From a virus (Duplodnaviria; Caudoviricetes): DNA of 29,947 nt. Of the stretch, positions 18,993 through 26,451 are shown piece by piece. The stretch is from the IMG/VR virus record IMGVR_UViG_3300037044_000156, positions 1 through 29,947 of that record. One strand, 5' to 3'. Positions within the stretch are counted from its first letter, which is position 1, and the number at the start of each line of letters is the position of its first letter. A program made the position numbers and the translations under genes. Below the pieces are notes generated by a model that searched no databases, had not been told where the DNA came from, and worked only from the letters and a program-made list of their open reading frames with translations.

Positions 18993-18995
18993 GGG

Positions 18996-19244
18996 TTACC
19001 CGTTGATCTCCTGCGGCGTTGCCGGCGCGACCTGCCGCGTCTCCCAGAGCTTCACCGCCGTACCCACCAGCGTGCACAGCGCCGCCCATCCCGTCAGCAC
19101 CAGCGCCGTCTGCTCCGCGCTCAGGCCGGCCGCCTGGCACAGCCACGTCGCGATCGCGGTTCCGCCACCACCGAGCGTGGCGGTCTTGCTGGTCAGCGCC
19201 GAGACCAGCACCGCCTTGACCTTCGCCTTCAGACTTGCCCACAT
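18996..19244 (-). CDS. Small two-TM membrane protein, holin-like
   Basis: 82 aa, basic N-terminus, two hydrophobic segments, GGGAGG RBS. Confidence 0.55.
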   Translation of the reverse strand: MWASLKAKVKAVLVSALTSKTATLGGGGTAIATWLCQAAGLSAEQTALVLTGWAALCTLVGTAVKLWETRQVAPATPQEING

Positions 19245-19260
19245 ACACTGCCTCCCATCA

Positions 19261-19307
19261 CGGCCTCGCCCCGAGGGGCACGAACTGCATGCCCCTCGGG
19301 CGGGCCG
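19261..19307. other. Strong GC stem-loop (CCCGAGGGGCA-9 nt-TGCCCCTCGGG, extendable with bulges)
   Basis: 11-bp perfect stem 19270-19280/19290-19300 in an intergenic gap; no U-tract on either strand. Confidence 0.6.
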
Positions 19308-19325
19308 ACCTTCCTCCTGCCTTGC

Positions 19326-19685
19326 TCACCTCGCCGCCAGCCGCGAAAGCAGCTGCGGCACCGCGTCCTGCAGCAGACCCGTCAGCGGGCAACTGCCGCT
19401 GCTCGGGCTCGACGGCGTCGCCGTCTTCGACGCCTGCAGTTGCGCCAGCACCTCGGCCGGGACCTCGCTGCCGGTCAGCACATGGCTGGCCGCGATGCCG
19501 AACGGACCGGCCAGCGTCAGCGCCCGGCTGATCGCGCCGACGATCCACTGGGCGGCGGCGATCTGCGCCTCCTGCTTGTAGCTGGCCTCGATGGCGGCCC
19601 TCACCACCGGATGGTCCGTCAGGTCCACGGCCGTCGACTGCGGATTACTGCCACCGGTCAGAATGTCCAAGGGATCTCTCGTCAC
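19326..19685 (-). CDS. Hypothetical protein with amphipathic/hydrophobic central helix
   Basis: GTGA overlap with upstream lipoprotein gene, GGAGG RBS; segment AAAQWIVGAISRALTLAGPFGIAA. Confidence 0.6.
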   Translation of the reverse strand: MTRDPLDILTGGSNPQSTAVDLTDHPVVRAAIEASYKQEAQIAAAQWIVGAISRALTLAGPFGIAASHVLTGSEVPAEVLAQLQASKTATPSSPSSGSCPLTGLLQDAVPQLLSRLAAR

Positions 19686-20146
19686 TGTGCACCTCCCGTG
19701 CTTACGCCGATACTGTTGAGGAACTTCTGCTCCTGCTGGCCGATCGCCTGGCTACGCTGCCCGAGCAATCGAACAGCGCTACTGGCGGCCCGGGCCTTGC
19801 GGACGATCTCGGCGATCACCGCCCGCTCCGCCTGATCGGTGCGTACGCCGCTGTGGAGCTTCTCCAGGTCCGTCACGCTGATGGGCTGGCTGGAGGCGGC
19901 CTTCATCTCCACCAAGGCGAACGCGGCATCGAGCTTGGTGTCGCGAAGCTTGTGGTTGTCGCTGGCCAGGTCGTTGACGCTGGCGTCGAAGGCCTCGGCC
20001 GCCAGGATGTTGGCCGCCCCCATCTGCGTGTCGTACTGCGGCCGCACGCAGCCCAGCATCAGCAGCGCCGGCAACAGCACCATCGTGGTGATCACGCACG
20101 CCCAGGCGAGCATGCCCCAGACACTTCGCTTGCGAACCTTTCTCAC
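19682..20146 (-). CDS. Predicted alpha-helical lipoprotein (possible spanin or exclusion protein)
   Basis: GTG at 20146 after AAGGAGG; basic N-region RKVRKR, hydrophobic core, lipobox LMLG-C, helical mature part. Confidence 0.65.
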   Translation of the reverse strand: MRKVRKRSVWGMLAWACVITTMVLLPALLMLGCVRPQYDTQMGAANILAAEAFDASVNDLASDNHKLRDTKLDAAFALVEMKAASSQPISVTDLEKLHSGVRTDQAERAVIAEIVRKARAASSAVRLLGQRSQAIGQQEQKFLNSIGVSTGGAQ

Positions 20147-20207
20147 GTGCACCTCCTTCTTGCTCAGGGAAAACCCGGATTCGGACACAGGCATTGCCAT
20201 GACAGGG

Positions 20208-20236
20208 TGTGGATAACCTTGTGAGTTTGTGGATAA
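20208..20236 (-). promoter_or_regulatory. Two perfect DnaA boxes (TTATCCACA) in tandem, 20 bp start to start
   Basis: Plus strand TGTGGATAA at 20208-20216 and 20228-20236, both followed by C; intergenic. Confidence 0.7.
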
Positions 20237-20279
20237 CTGCGGGCTCGGCTGACACGGCGCCTCCCTCGCACCGGCCGGC

Positions 20280-20678
20280 TCAGCGGCCCGTGAAGGCCTT
20301 GCGGAACAGGCCAACCGTCTCGGGGTTCACTTCGATCACGCCGGGCCGGCTGGTCTTCGAGGCGTACGGGTTGAAGTCCTCCGGCGTGTAGGCCCGGCGC
20401 CGGGCGGGGCGGTTGGTGTTGGCCAGGATCGCGCAGAGCATCGACGTGTGTGCCCAGTGCTCGCGGCCCAGACCCTCGGCCATCCACAGCAGCTGCCGCA
20501 GCGTCAGCGGCCGGGGATCGACCCCGAGGAACCCGGCGATCCGCCAGACATCGCCCCACGGATCGCCTGGTCGATGTCGATCTGGCCGATCTTCGTCTCC
20601 ACGGCAGCTACCGCCGCCTGGATCAGCCGCATCTGCGTCTCGACCGCCTTGGCGCGGTCCATCCGACCGCGCTGCCGG
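20280..20678 (-). CDS. Tail assembly chaperone GT extension (-1 frame product)
   Basis: -1 frame is open from the T TTT TTC heptamer (20684-20678) to the stop at 20280; encodes WRIAGFLGVDPRPLTLRQLLWMAEG...W, a gpT-like pattern that begins upstream of the in-frame ATG at 20483. Confidence 0.65.
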   Translation of the reverse strand, partial: PAARSDGPRQGGRDADAADPGGGSCRGDEDRPDRHRPGDPWGDVWRIAGFLGVDPRPLTLRQLLWMAEGLGREHWAHTSMLCAILANTNRPARRRAYTPEDFNPYASKTSRPGVIEVNPETVGLFRKAFTGR

Positions 20679-20974
20679 AAAAAATCCACCAGCTCCTCGT
20701 AGAACGCCTGCTGCGCCCGTAGCAGCGTCCCGCCGTCAAAGCCGCTGCGGACATCGGCGGCCGTGACCTTGTGCGTCTCGAACTGCTCGGCCAGCAGCGC
20801 GCACAGCACCTCGCCCAGCAGCAGCTCATCGATCCCCAGCCGCGTCAGCAGCGGTGGATCGCCCGCCTCCGGCTGCAGCAGGTCGATGCCCAGCTTGTCC
20901 TTGACCGCCAGGGCGGAGCCCAGGTTCAAGGCGATCGTCCAGTTCCGTCCGGCGGCATCCTGGAAGGTCTTCAT
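20504..20974 (-). CDS. Tail assembly chaperone (gpG-like)
   Basis: MKTFQDAAGRNW... begins at a TAATG overlap with the tail tube gene; canonical position; track ORF 20504-21445 over-extends the start. Confidence 0.75.
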   Translation of the reverse strand: MKTFQDAAGRNWTIALNLGSALAVKDKLGIDLLQPEAGDPPLLTRLGIDELLLGEVLCALLAEQFETHKVTAADVRSGFDGGTLLRAQQAFYEELVDFFRQRGRMDRAKAVETQMRLIQAAVAAVETKIGQIDIDQAIRGAMSGGSPGSSGSIPGR

Positions 20975-21411
20975 TACGCCACCTCCACCCAGCTGTCGAA
21001 CTTGGCGAGCTTCGCCGTTACGCTGACGCTGATCCCTTCTTCCAGAGGCTCCTTCCTGCTGAAGGAACTGATGGAGAAGTCCCCCATCGGCCCTTCCGAG
21101 CCGGAGGCGTCGTTGGCGCCGGTCAGGGCGGCCAGGCGGACCTTCGTGCCATTGAGGTAGGCATCGCGTATCGCCTGGAATCCGCTGTCGTTCGGAAGCC
21201 AGAGCATCTCGAACTCGATGGTGCACTCGCGCAGCGTCGCGGCCGTCGCCCGCCAGCCCTGGTTGGCGCGGGTGGTGACATCCGCTTCGCCCGCCTCCAG
21301 CGTGACGGTCACGTCCTTGGCGTTCGAGAGCTCCGTCAGCGCTGCCAGCAGGGCGTCCACCGCCCCCTGGTACAGCTTGGCATTCATGCCGAGAAGATAC
21401 GTTTCCGCCAC
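20974..21411 (-). CDS. Major tail tube protein
   Basis: 145 aa, KDVTV.LE.GEADVTTR...GW......LRE..IEFEM pattern typical of siphovirus tube proteins; upstream of chaperones. Confidence 0.8.
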   Translation of the reverse strand: MAETYLLGMNAKLYQGAVDALLAALTELSNAKDVTVTLEAGEADVTTRANQGWRATAATLRECTIEFEMLWLPNDSGFQAIRDAYLNGTKVRLAALTGANDASGSEGPMGDFSISSFSRKEPLEEGISVSVTAKLAKFDSWVEVA

Positions 21412-21423
21412 AGGTGCATCCTC

Positions 21424-21849
21424 CTACCTTATCGAGTCCCGCCACAGCGATGGCAGAGACGCTTGTTCCTTCTGGAATGCCGGCCCCATGTACGCGCGAG
21501 GCTTGTACGTAGCCGTCACCGACTTGCCGCGGCGATTCTTCCTTCTCGCCGTCCCGCCGTACTCCAGCAGCGGCGGCGCCTCGACGGTCGATCGCAGGGG
21601 CTCGGGGCCGATGACCACGGATCGCTTGCCCGGGTCATAGCCGAAGAAGATCAGCCGCTTGAGCAGACCGGTGTGGCTGCTGGGCGGTGAGCCCGGCGGC
21701 GAAGGCTTCTTGCGCTTGCGGATGCTGCTCTTGGCGGTGCGGCGAACGAACGCGCCGAACTTGCTGAGCACCCTGCGCGTCGCGGCGTCGAGTTTCGACA
21801 GCACCGCCGGCCGATCGAAGAACAGCCGCTTGACCTTCAGGTCGATCAC
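21424..21849 (-). CDS. Neck/tail completion protein (HK97 gp10 / lambda gpZ-like)
   Basis: Very basic; S.PG.PP..HTG.LK..I, LEYGG, PRAYMGPAF motifs. Confidence 0.75.
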   Translation of the reverse strand: MIDLKVKRLFFDRPAVLSKLDAATRRVLSKFGAFVRRTAKSSIRKRKKPSPPGSPPSSHTGLLKRLIFFGYDPGKRSVVIGPEPLRSTVEAPPLLEYGGTARRKNRRGKSVTATYKPRAYMGPAFQKEQASLPSLWRDSIR

Positions 21850-22211
21850 GCCAGCACGCCGAAGTCCGCGATCACCTCGCCGGCGCCAACGGCCGTCTCG
21901 TCGTCATCGGCTACACCGCCGACGATCACGATCGCCAGGCCGCTGGCCAGTCGGTACCCGTTCTCCGCGTGCCAGTGAAACCCGCTGCCCGCGGGAACGA
22001 GACGCCGTAGGACGGGCGTGTCCGTCGCCGGGTTCGGCTCTGACGCCTTGTCGTAGACCTTCAGGTACACATCGGCCTCACCGGAGTTGGTTGCGTGAAT
22101 GTCCGCCAGCCGCAGGCGACCCGCCTGCAGCAGCACCCCGTTGGTCGACGCGGTCGACACCCGACTCAGGGGCGTCATCGACGGAACGATATCGTTGCTG
22201 GTCACTGCCAT
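21846..22211 (-). CDS. Phage hypothetical protein, small beta-sandwich
   Basis: ASTN...YLKVYDKAS.P...TDTPV...G...GLAI.I.GG.AD.D.TAV.A.EV pattern; coupled to neighbours. Confidence 0.6.
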   Translation of the reverse strand: MAVTSNDIVPSMTPLSRVSTASTNGVLLQAGRLRLADIHATNSGEADVYLKVYDKASEPNPATDTPVLRRLVPAGSGFHWHAENGYRLASGLAIVIVGGVADDDETAVGAGEVIADFGVLA

Positions 22212-22223
22212 TTGCGTTTTCCC

Positions 22224-23471
22224 TTAGAAGAAGCCCGCACCCACCACGTGCTTCCTGCCGGCCGCGATCAGGTCTTCCGCCAGGAAGTTGTCCACCTGCG
22301 ACATCCCCACCACGCCCCGCAGGCCGCATCGCAGGTTGCCCGTGACAGCTGTATCCGTGATCTGGATTGACTGAACGCCGTTGACGTAGCCGGTCAGCGT
22401 CGAGCCGTCACACTGCAGACGAAGGCTCTTGCCCGCATCGATGGGGGCACCGCCCACACCGCCGCCGCCATCGATCGCCAGTGTCGAGTTGTTGACGGTC
22501 TTGTACAGCCGCGTGGGGTTGGTCGGGCTGGTGCCCGCTATATAGGAATAGTAACTGTTGGTGCCGCTGTAGACGTTCTCCGTCGTGGCCCGCACGATCA
22601 CGCCGATGCTCGGCATCGCCACGATGTCAACCTGGCTGTAGTGGTCGTCACTGCTGAGATCCACCTCCGCCCGCGCGATCGCCGCACCAGAAAGGAACAA
22701 GGCCGTCTGGCCGTACAGGGCAAAGCCCGTCTGCTCCGACCAGGCCCATCTCTCCGCCGATGCGCCGAGGCCACTGAAGTCGTCATCGCGAGCAAAGTCG
22801 TCCTGGATCGTCGTCGTCGGCTTGCCCGGCGGCTGCTTCACCAGCCCCGGCGGGATGAGCAGGTCCATCGCCTGTTCTGCCGACAGGCCCAGCTTGCGCC
22901 GCTGGACCTCCAGCCACTTGGCGGCCGTCTTGGCGCCCTTGCCATTGCCGTTGATCTTGCCGTAGCTACCCTGAAGGGCTCGGCACACGGTCGCAAAGGC
23001 CGGATGCTCGCGGGTCATCCGCTGGGCCCGCAGCAGGGAGTGGCCAGACAGGTGCAGTTCCAGCATGCCCCGGTGCGTCGGCATGATCGGCAGCGCCCGC
23101 GCCTGGCCCGTTGGGTCCGCCTGCACCGTCAGCGTCGCCCAGAGCACATCCATCAAGGTGGTGCCAGTAAGGCTTGCCACCCCCAGCATCCATGCCCAGC
23201 GATTCCGCTGCTGTGCGGCCAGGTGTACGTCCTCGAGACGATTGATCCCGTCGCCGAACGGCTCGTAGTTGCTGTCAAGCGGCCGGTCCGTCGCGAAGAA
23301 TCCGTACCCGCCTTGGCCATGCGGCGGGCGGAGGTCCACCAGCCCCACCGTCCCCTCCGGCGGGGTGAGCACCGTGCGGTCGGGGCTCGTCAGCGTCTGG
23401 CCGTTGAAGACCACGCTCTGGCCCTTCTCGGTCACCACTTGCCACGGTCCCAGGTAGTAGTAGCGTGCCAT
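22224..23471 (-). CDS. Phage protein with C-terminal lectin/ConA-like beta-sandwich domain
   Basis: TTIQDDFARDD..GLG...W followed by LRLQCDGSTLTGYVNG....TD......G...DNF.AEDL. Confidence 0.55.
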   Translation of the reverse strand: MARYYYLGPWQVVTEKGQSVVFNGQTLTSPDRTVLTPPEGTVGLVDLRPPHGQGGYGFFATDRPLDSNYEPFGDGINRLEDVHLAAQQRNRWAWMLGVASLTGTTLMDVLWATLTVQADPTGQARALPIMPTHRGMLELHLSGHSLLRAQRMTREHPAFATVCRALQGSYGKINGNGKGAKTAAKWLEVQRRKLGLSAEQAMDLLIPPGLVKQPPGKPTTTIQDDFARDDDFSGLGASAERWAWSEQTGFALYGQTALFLSGAAIARAEVDLSSDDHYSQVDIVAMPSIGVIVRATTENVYSGTNSYYSYIAGTSPTNPTRLYKTVNNSTLAIDGGGGVGGAPIDAGKSLRLQCDGSTLTGYVNGVQSIQITDTAVTGNLRCGLRGVVGMSQVDNFLAEDLIAAGRKHVVGAGFF

Positions 23472-23546
23472 TTACTTCAGGAAGCCTCCGAGGATGTTCA
23501 ACACGCCCAGCCACCCGGCAGCCAGCGTCATGATCAGGTACGACAT
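23472..23546 (-). CDS. 24-aa single-TM peptide MSYLIMTLAAGWLGVLNILGGFLK
   Basis: Fills the intergenic gap; GGAAAGG upstream; TAA abuts next ATG (TAAATG); alternative start at 23582 gives 36 aa. Confidence 0.5.
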   Translation of the reverse strand: MSYLIMTLAAGWLGVLNILGGFLK

Positions 23547-23609
23547 GGTCACTGCCTTTCCGCCGGCGAGGAGGCCGGCCATTTGAGCGACCGGGCTACG
23601 TGCGGGCCG

Positions 23610-24197
23610 TTACGGCGCGGGCTGCGTCGCAGCCGGCTGTGAGGTCGGCACGGGGTCGGGCGCCGCTTCGAGTCTTTGCAGGCCCGATACGTCGTAGCCA
23701 TCCGGCAGGATGAGCCACACCGTCTGGCTCTGCCCGAAGTGGGCCGAGACGACCGCGATGTCCCCCTGGTCGACCACCCCGCCGCCATCGAGGTCCAGCG
23801 CGGGCTGATCGGTGGCCCCAAAGGCCTCCTGCACGGCCAGCAGGTCGGAGGTATCGACGATGCCATCGAGGTTGACATCGCCCAGCAGGGCCGTCCACAT
23901 CCGGATCTGCACAGGTCCCAGGTAGTTGAGGTCATTGCCGGTGCTGCCCGGCGGGACCGCGTAGTACACGAGGCGCCGGCACTGCGGCTCGATCCAGCAG
24001 CCGCCACGGACCGTGCCATCCGGCGACTGCCAGTCCATGTAGTACGTCCGCGGCGACTCGTTGCCGACGGCCACACGAGCGACGAGGCTCTGCGTGACCG
24101 GGGAGGTGCCGATTGCCTTCAGGACGATCACACCAGTCCCCAGGGGTACCAGGCACAGCAGCAGAAGGGCCGTCCATCTCGCGTAAGCTGTCCGCAT
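23610..24197 (-). CDS. Exported/membrane-anchored protein with type I dockerin-like duplicated Ca-binding domain
   Basis: GGAGG RBS; N-terminal hydrophobic stretch; GDVNLDGIVDTSDLLAV...DLDGGGVVDQGDIAVV..HFG. Confidence 0.75.
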   Translation of the reverse strand: MRTAYARWTALLLLCLVPLGTGVIVLKAIGTSPVTQSLVARVAVGNESPRTYYMDWQSPDGTVRGGCWIEPQCRRLVYYAVPPGSTGNDLNYLGPVQIRMWTALLGDVNLDGIVDTSDLLAVQEAFGATDQPALDLDGGGVVDQGDIAVVSAHFGQSQTVWLILPDGYDVSGLQRLEAAPDPVPTSQPAATQPAP

Positions 24198-24251
24198 TCG
24201 GTTCCTCCACAACAAAGACAGTGTTCACTTCTTCAACGAGTCACCCGCACC

Positions 24252-24689
24252 CTACTTCAACGCGCGATACGTAACCGTCAGAACGCTCGTGAAGACCCGA
24301 TGCTCGGCCAGGTGGTCTGGCGCATACACCGGCTCGTTATTGCTGCCGGCCCAGGCGGCGTAGCGGGCGGCCGCGAGCGGGCGGCGCCGCAGGTAATCAC
24401 CGATCTGGTCGACCAGCGTGCCCAGTGCCGCGACCTCCGTGTCCATGTCGCTGCCCAGCTTCTTCTGGATGCCGATGTCGACGCTCACGTCGAGCTGGGT
24501 CAGCGACCGCGAAGCGCCGCTGGTCAGCACCGCCTTGGGTACCACCGTCACCTTCAGGTTCGCCAGGTCGGGCAGCTCGAAGGCCGGCAGGACTTGGCGC
24601 TGTGCAGTGAAGGCCTGGCCGAAGGTGCCGGGCTCGGCGGCGTTCAGCTCCGCAGCGACGGCGTCCGCGATATCCGTTGCCAGGGACAT
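24252..24689 (-). CDS. Tail terminator/completion protein (gpU-like)
   Basis: 145 aa, starts IADAV.AELN, ends SVLTVTYR; neck position. Confidence 0.65.
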   Translation of the reverse strand: MSLATDIADAVAAELNAAEPGTFGQAFTAQRQVLPAFELPDLANLKVTVVPKAVLTSGASRSLTQLDVSVDIGIQKKLGSDMDTEVAALGTLVDQIGDYLRRRPLAAARYAAWAGSNNEPVYAPDHLAEHRVFTSVLTVTYRALK

Positions 24690-24692
24690 AGA

Positions 24693-24923
24693 TCAACCTC
24701 CAAAGATCCGGTGCCACAGGTTCGTCACCGCCAGGGTGGAGATGCTGCCGGCAATCAGCCACAGCATCCGGCCGCGCTTCGTCTCGGCCTGCTCCAGCCG
24801 GTCCAGCCGCAGCTGGATGCCGGGCTTGCCGTTGCCACGAATGGCTTCATCCAATTGATCCAGCTTCCGATGGATCTCGGCGAAGTCCTCCTGGCATCCG
24901 TTCTTCATCTCGCAGGTCGTCAT
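24693..24923 (-). CDS. Small coiled-coil protein with C-terminal TM helix (XhlA/holin-like)
   Basis: KLDQLDEAIRGNGKPGI..RLDRLEQ, then WLIAGSISTLAVTNLW. Confidence 0.6.
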   Translation of the reverse strand: MTTCEMKNGCQEDFAEIHRKLDQLDEAIRGNGKPGIQLRLDRLEQAETKRGRMLWLIAGSISTLAVTNLWHRIFGG

Positions 24924-25273
24924 GCGTCACCGATGTCCTTTGTGTGAATCCGGTATGTCTGCCGGTAGGGATCGCTCCACCGCCAGCATCGCTCCCCGCC
25001 GATACTCAGCACCTCGTACTGCCGGGCGTCGGCAACGATCACGTCGCCTGCCTTCGGCTCGAAGCCCAGGTCAGCTGCCAGGACCAGGAAGTCCCAGATG
25101 AACGAGCCGATCGTCAGGCCCGACTCATCCGCCACCTCGACATCGGTTTTGCCGAAGGTGGCATTGACCGCCAGCGTCTGGCCGTCCCGGTGGTACTCGA
25201 CTGGGCTGGAGCAGTGCGCGGTGCGCATCCGCTCCAGCCAGTCCGAGCCTTGCCTCAGCAGGTCAGTCATCAC
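24920..25273 (-). CDS. Head-tail joining/closure protein (gpFII-like)
   Basis: V.Y.R...ATFG.T...DFLV.A.DL...P..GD.I.....YEV pattern; follows head genes. Confidence 0.7.
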   Translation of the reverse strand: MMTDLLRQGSDWLERMRTAHCSSPVEYHRDGQTLAVNATFGKTDVEVADESGLTIGSFIWDFLVLAADLGFEPKAGDVIVADARQYEVLSIGGERCWRWSDPYRQTYRIHTKDIGDA

Positions 25274-25983
25274 GCCTCATTCGTCCAGGTGCCACGCTCC
25301 GCGACGATGTACCAGCCGTTGGCCCCATCCGCCTTCAGGTGCACGAAGTCACCCGCCAAAGCGGTCGCGGCCGCCAGGATGTGGTCCTTGTTGTCGACGC
25401 CGGCCAGATCCGCGCCCATGATCTTGTCAGCGGCGTTGGGCGAGAGGGCGACCCGCTGGCCCGCCGCGCCGCAGCGGACCAGGTACTCCAGGCCTGCCGC
25501 CGTCGCCGGCAGCGTGATCACGTTGGTGGCATGGCCGACAGTGACATTGAGCACCTTGCCGACATCCTCGGCGTCGAGCGTCTTGCTGCCGCCGGCCAGC
25601 GTGACCGCCTCGATGGGACGGTCGGCCAGGATCGCCTCCAGCGCCCGCGGGCCGGCCAGCCGGACCCGTACGGTGGTAGCGGCATCAGCAGCCGCGGCCA
25701 CCGTCTGGCCCAGCAGCGGCCTCGAGCCCGGCGTCGCCGTGGCCTGCTTGGCGGTTGCATCCCAGTAGACGCTTACGCCATTGCCGATGCCGGTGCCGGC
25801 ACCGCTGGCCTTGGGTACGTCGTAGACGCCGGTGACGTGCAGGGCGCCGAGCTTGTTGGCCGCGATGTCGATCTTGGTGACGCCGACGAGATCGGCGAGC
25901 ACTACGACCTCCCCGGCCGCCACATCCGCGCTGGGGGTATAGTCGATGGCGCCGCCATCATGAACGAACGTTGCGATTGCCAT
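25270..25983 (-). CDS. DUF2190-family capsid cement/decoration protein with extra C-terminal domain
   Basis: FVHDG..IDYTP.ADVAAGEVVV...GV...DIAA..LG.L...GVYD.PK...G..VYWD...TVRVRL, then about 125 extra residues. Confidence 0.8.
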   Translation of the reverse strand: MAIATFVHDGGAIDYTPSADVAAGEVVVLADLVGVTKIDIAANKLGALHVTGVYDVPKASGAGTGIGNGVSVYWDATAKQATATPGSRPLLGQTVAAAADAATTVRVRLAGPRALEAILADRPIEAVTLAGGSKTLDAEDVGKVLNVTVGHATNVITLPATAAGLEYLVRCGAAGQRVALSPNAADKIMGADLAGVDNKDHILAAATALAGDFVHLKADGANGWYIVAERGTWTNEA

Positions 25984-26020
25984 ATGCAAATCTCTCCCTT
26001 ACTTGGTTATGATGTCGAGA

Positions 26021-26446
26021 ATGAACGACACGCCGCCCATCCTGGTGGAGCGAGCCACTGCCGAAGACCTTCCGTGGCTCTGTGAGCACGATGCTCACGT
26101 CGATCGCGGCACGCTCGCCCGGAAGGTCGCCGCCGGGGAGGTCCTGGTTTCCCGCCTGGCCAGCAGCCCCGTCGGCTGGCTGCGCTTCGGCATGTTCTGG
26201 GACACGATCCCGTTCATGAACATGCTGGTGGTGCTTGAAGGCTATCGAGGCAGAGGCATCGGCAGGCAGCTTGTGACATCCTGGGAAGCCGAGATGCGGC
26301 GGCTGGGGCACCAGCGGGTGATGACATCCACCCAGTCCAACGAGTCCGCCCAGCACTTCTACCGACACCTCGGCTACATCGATACCGGATGCCTCCTGCT
26401 GCCTGCCGAGCCCTTGGAGGTCCTCTTTGCCAAGCCCCTGGGCTGA
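26021..26446 (+). CDS. GNAT-family N-acetyltransferase (antisense insertion in head operon)
   Basis: Acetyl-CoA motif YRGRGIGRQL and N..AQHFYRHLGY; alternative ATGs at 26009 and 26012. Confidence 0.88.
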   Translation: MNDTPPILVERATAEDLPWLCEHDAHVDRGTLARKVAAGEVLVSRLASSPVGWLRFGMFWDTIPFMNMLVVLEGYRGRGIGRQLVTSWEAEMRRLGHQRVMTSTQSNESAQHFYRHLGYIDTGCLLLPAEPLEVLFAKPLG

Positions 26447-26451
26447 GGCTG

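Noticed and set aside
20150-20280. Possible replication origin at the DnaA boxes
   Set aside because: Only two boxes, no AT-rich unwinding element, no initiator gene nearby; kept as a regulatory candidate.
26021-26446. GNAT as a type II toxin (AtaT/TacT-like)
   Set aside because: No adjacent RHH/DUF1778 antitoxin gene and no room for one in the insert.
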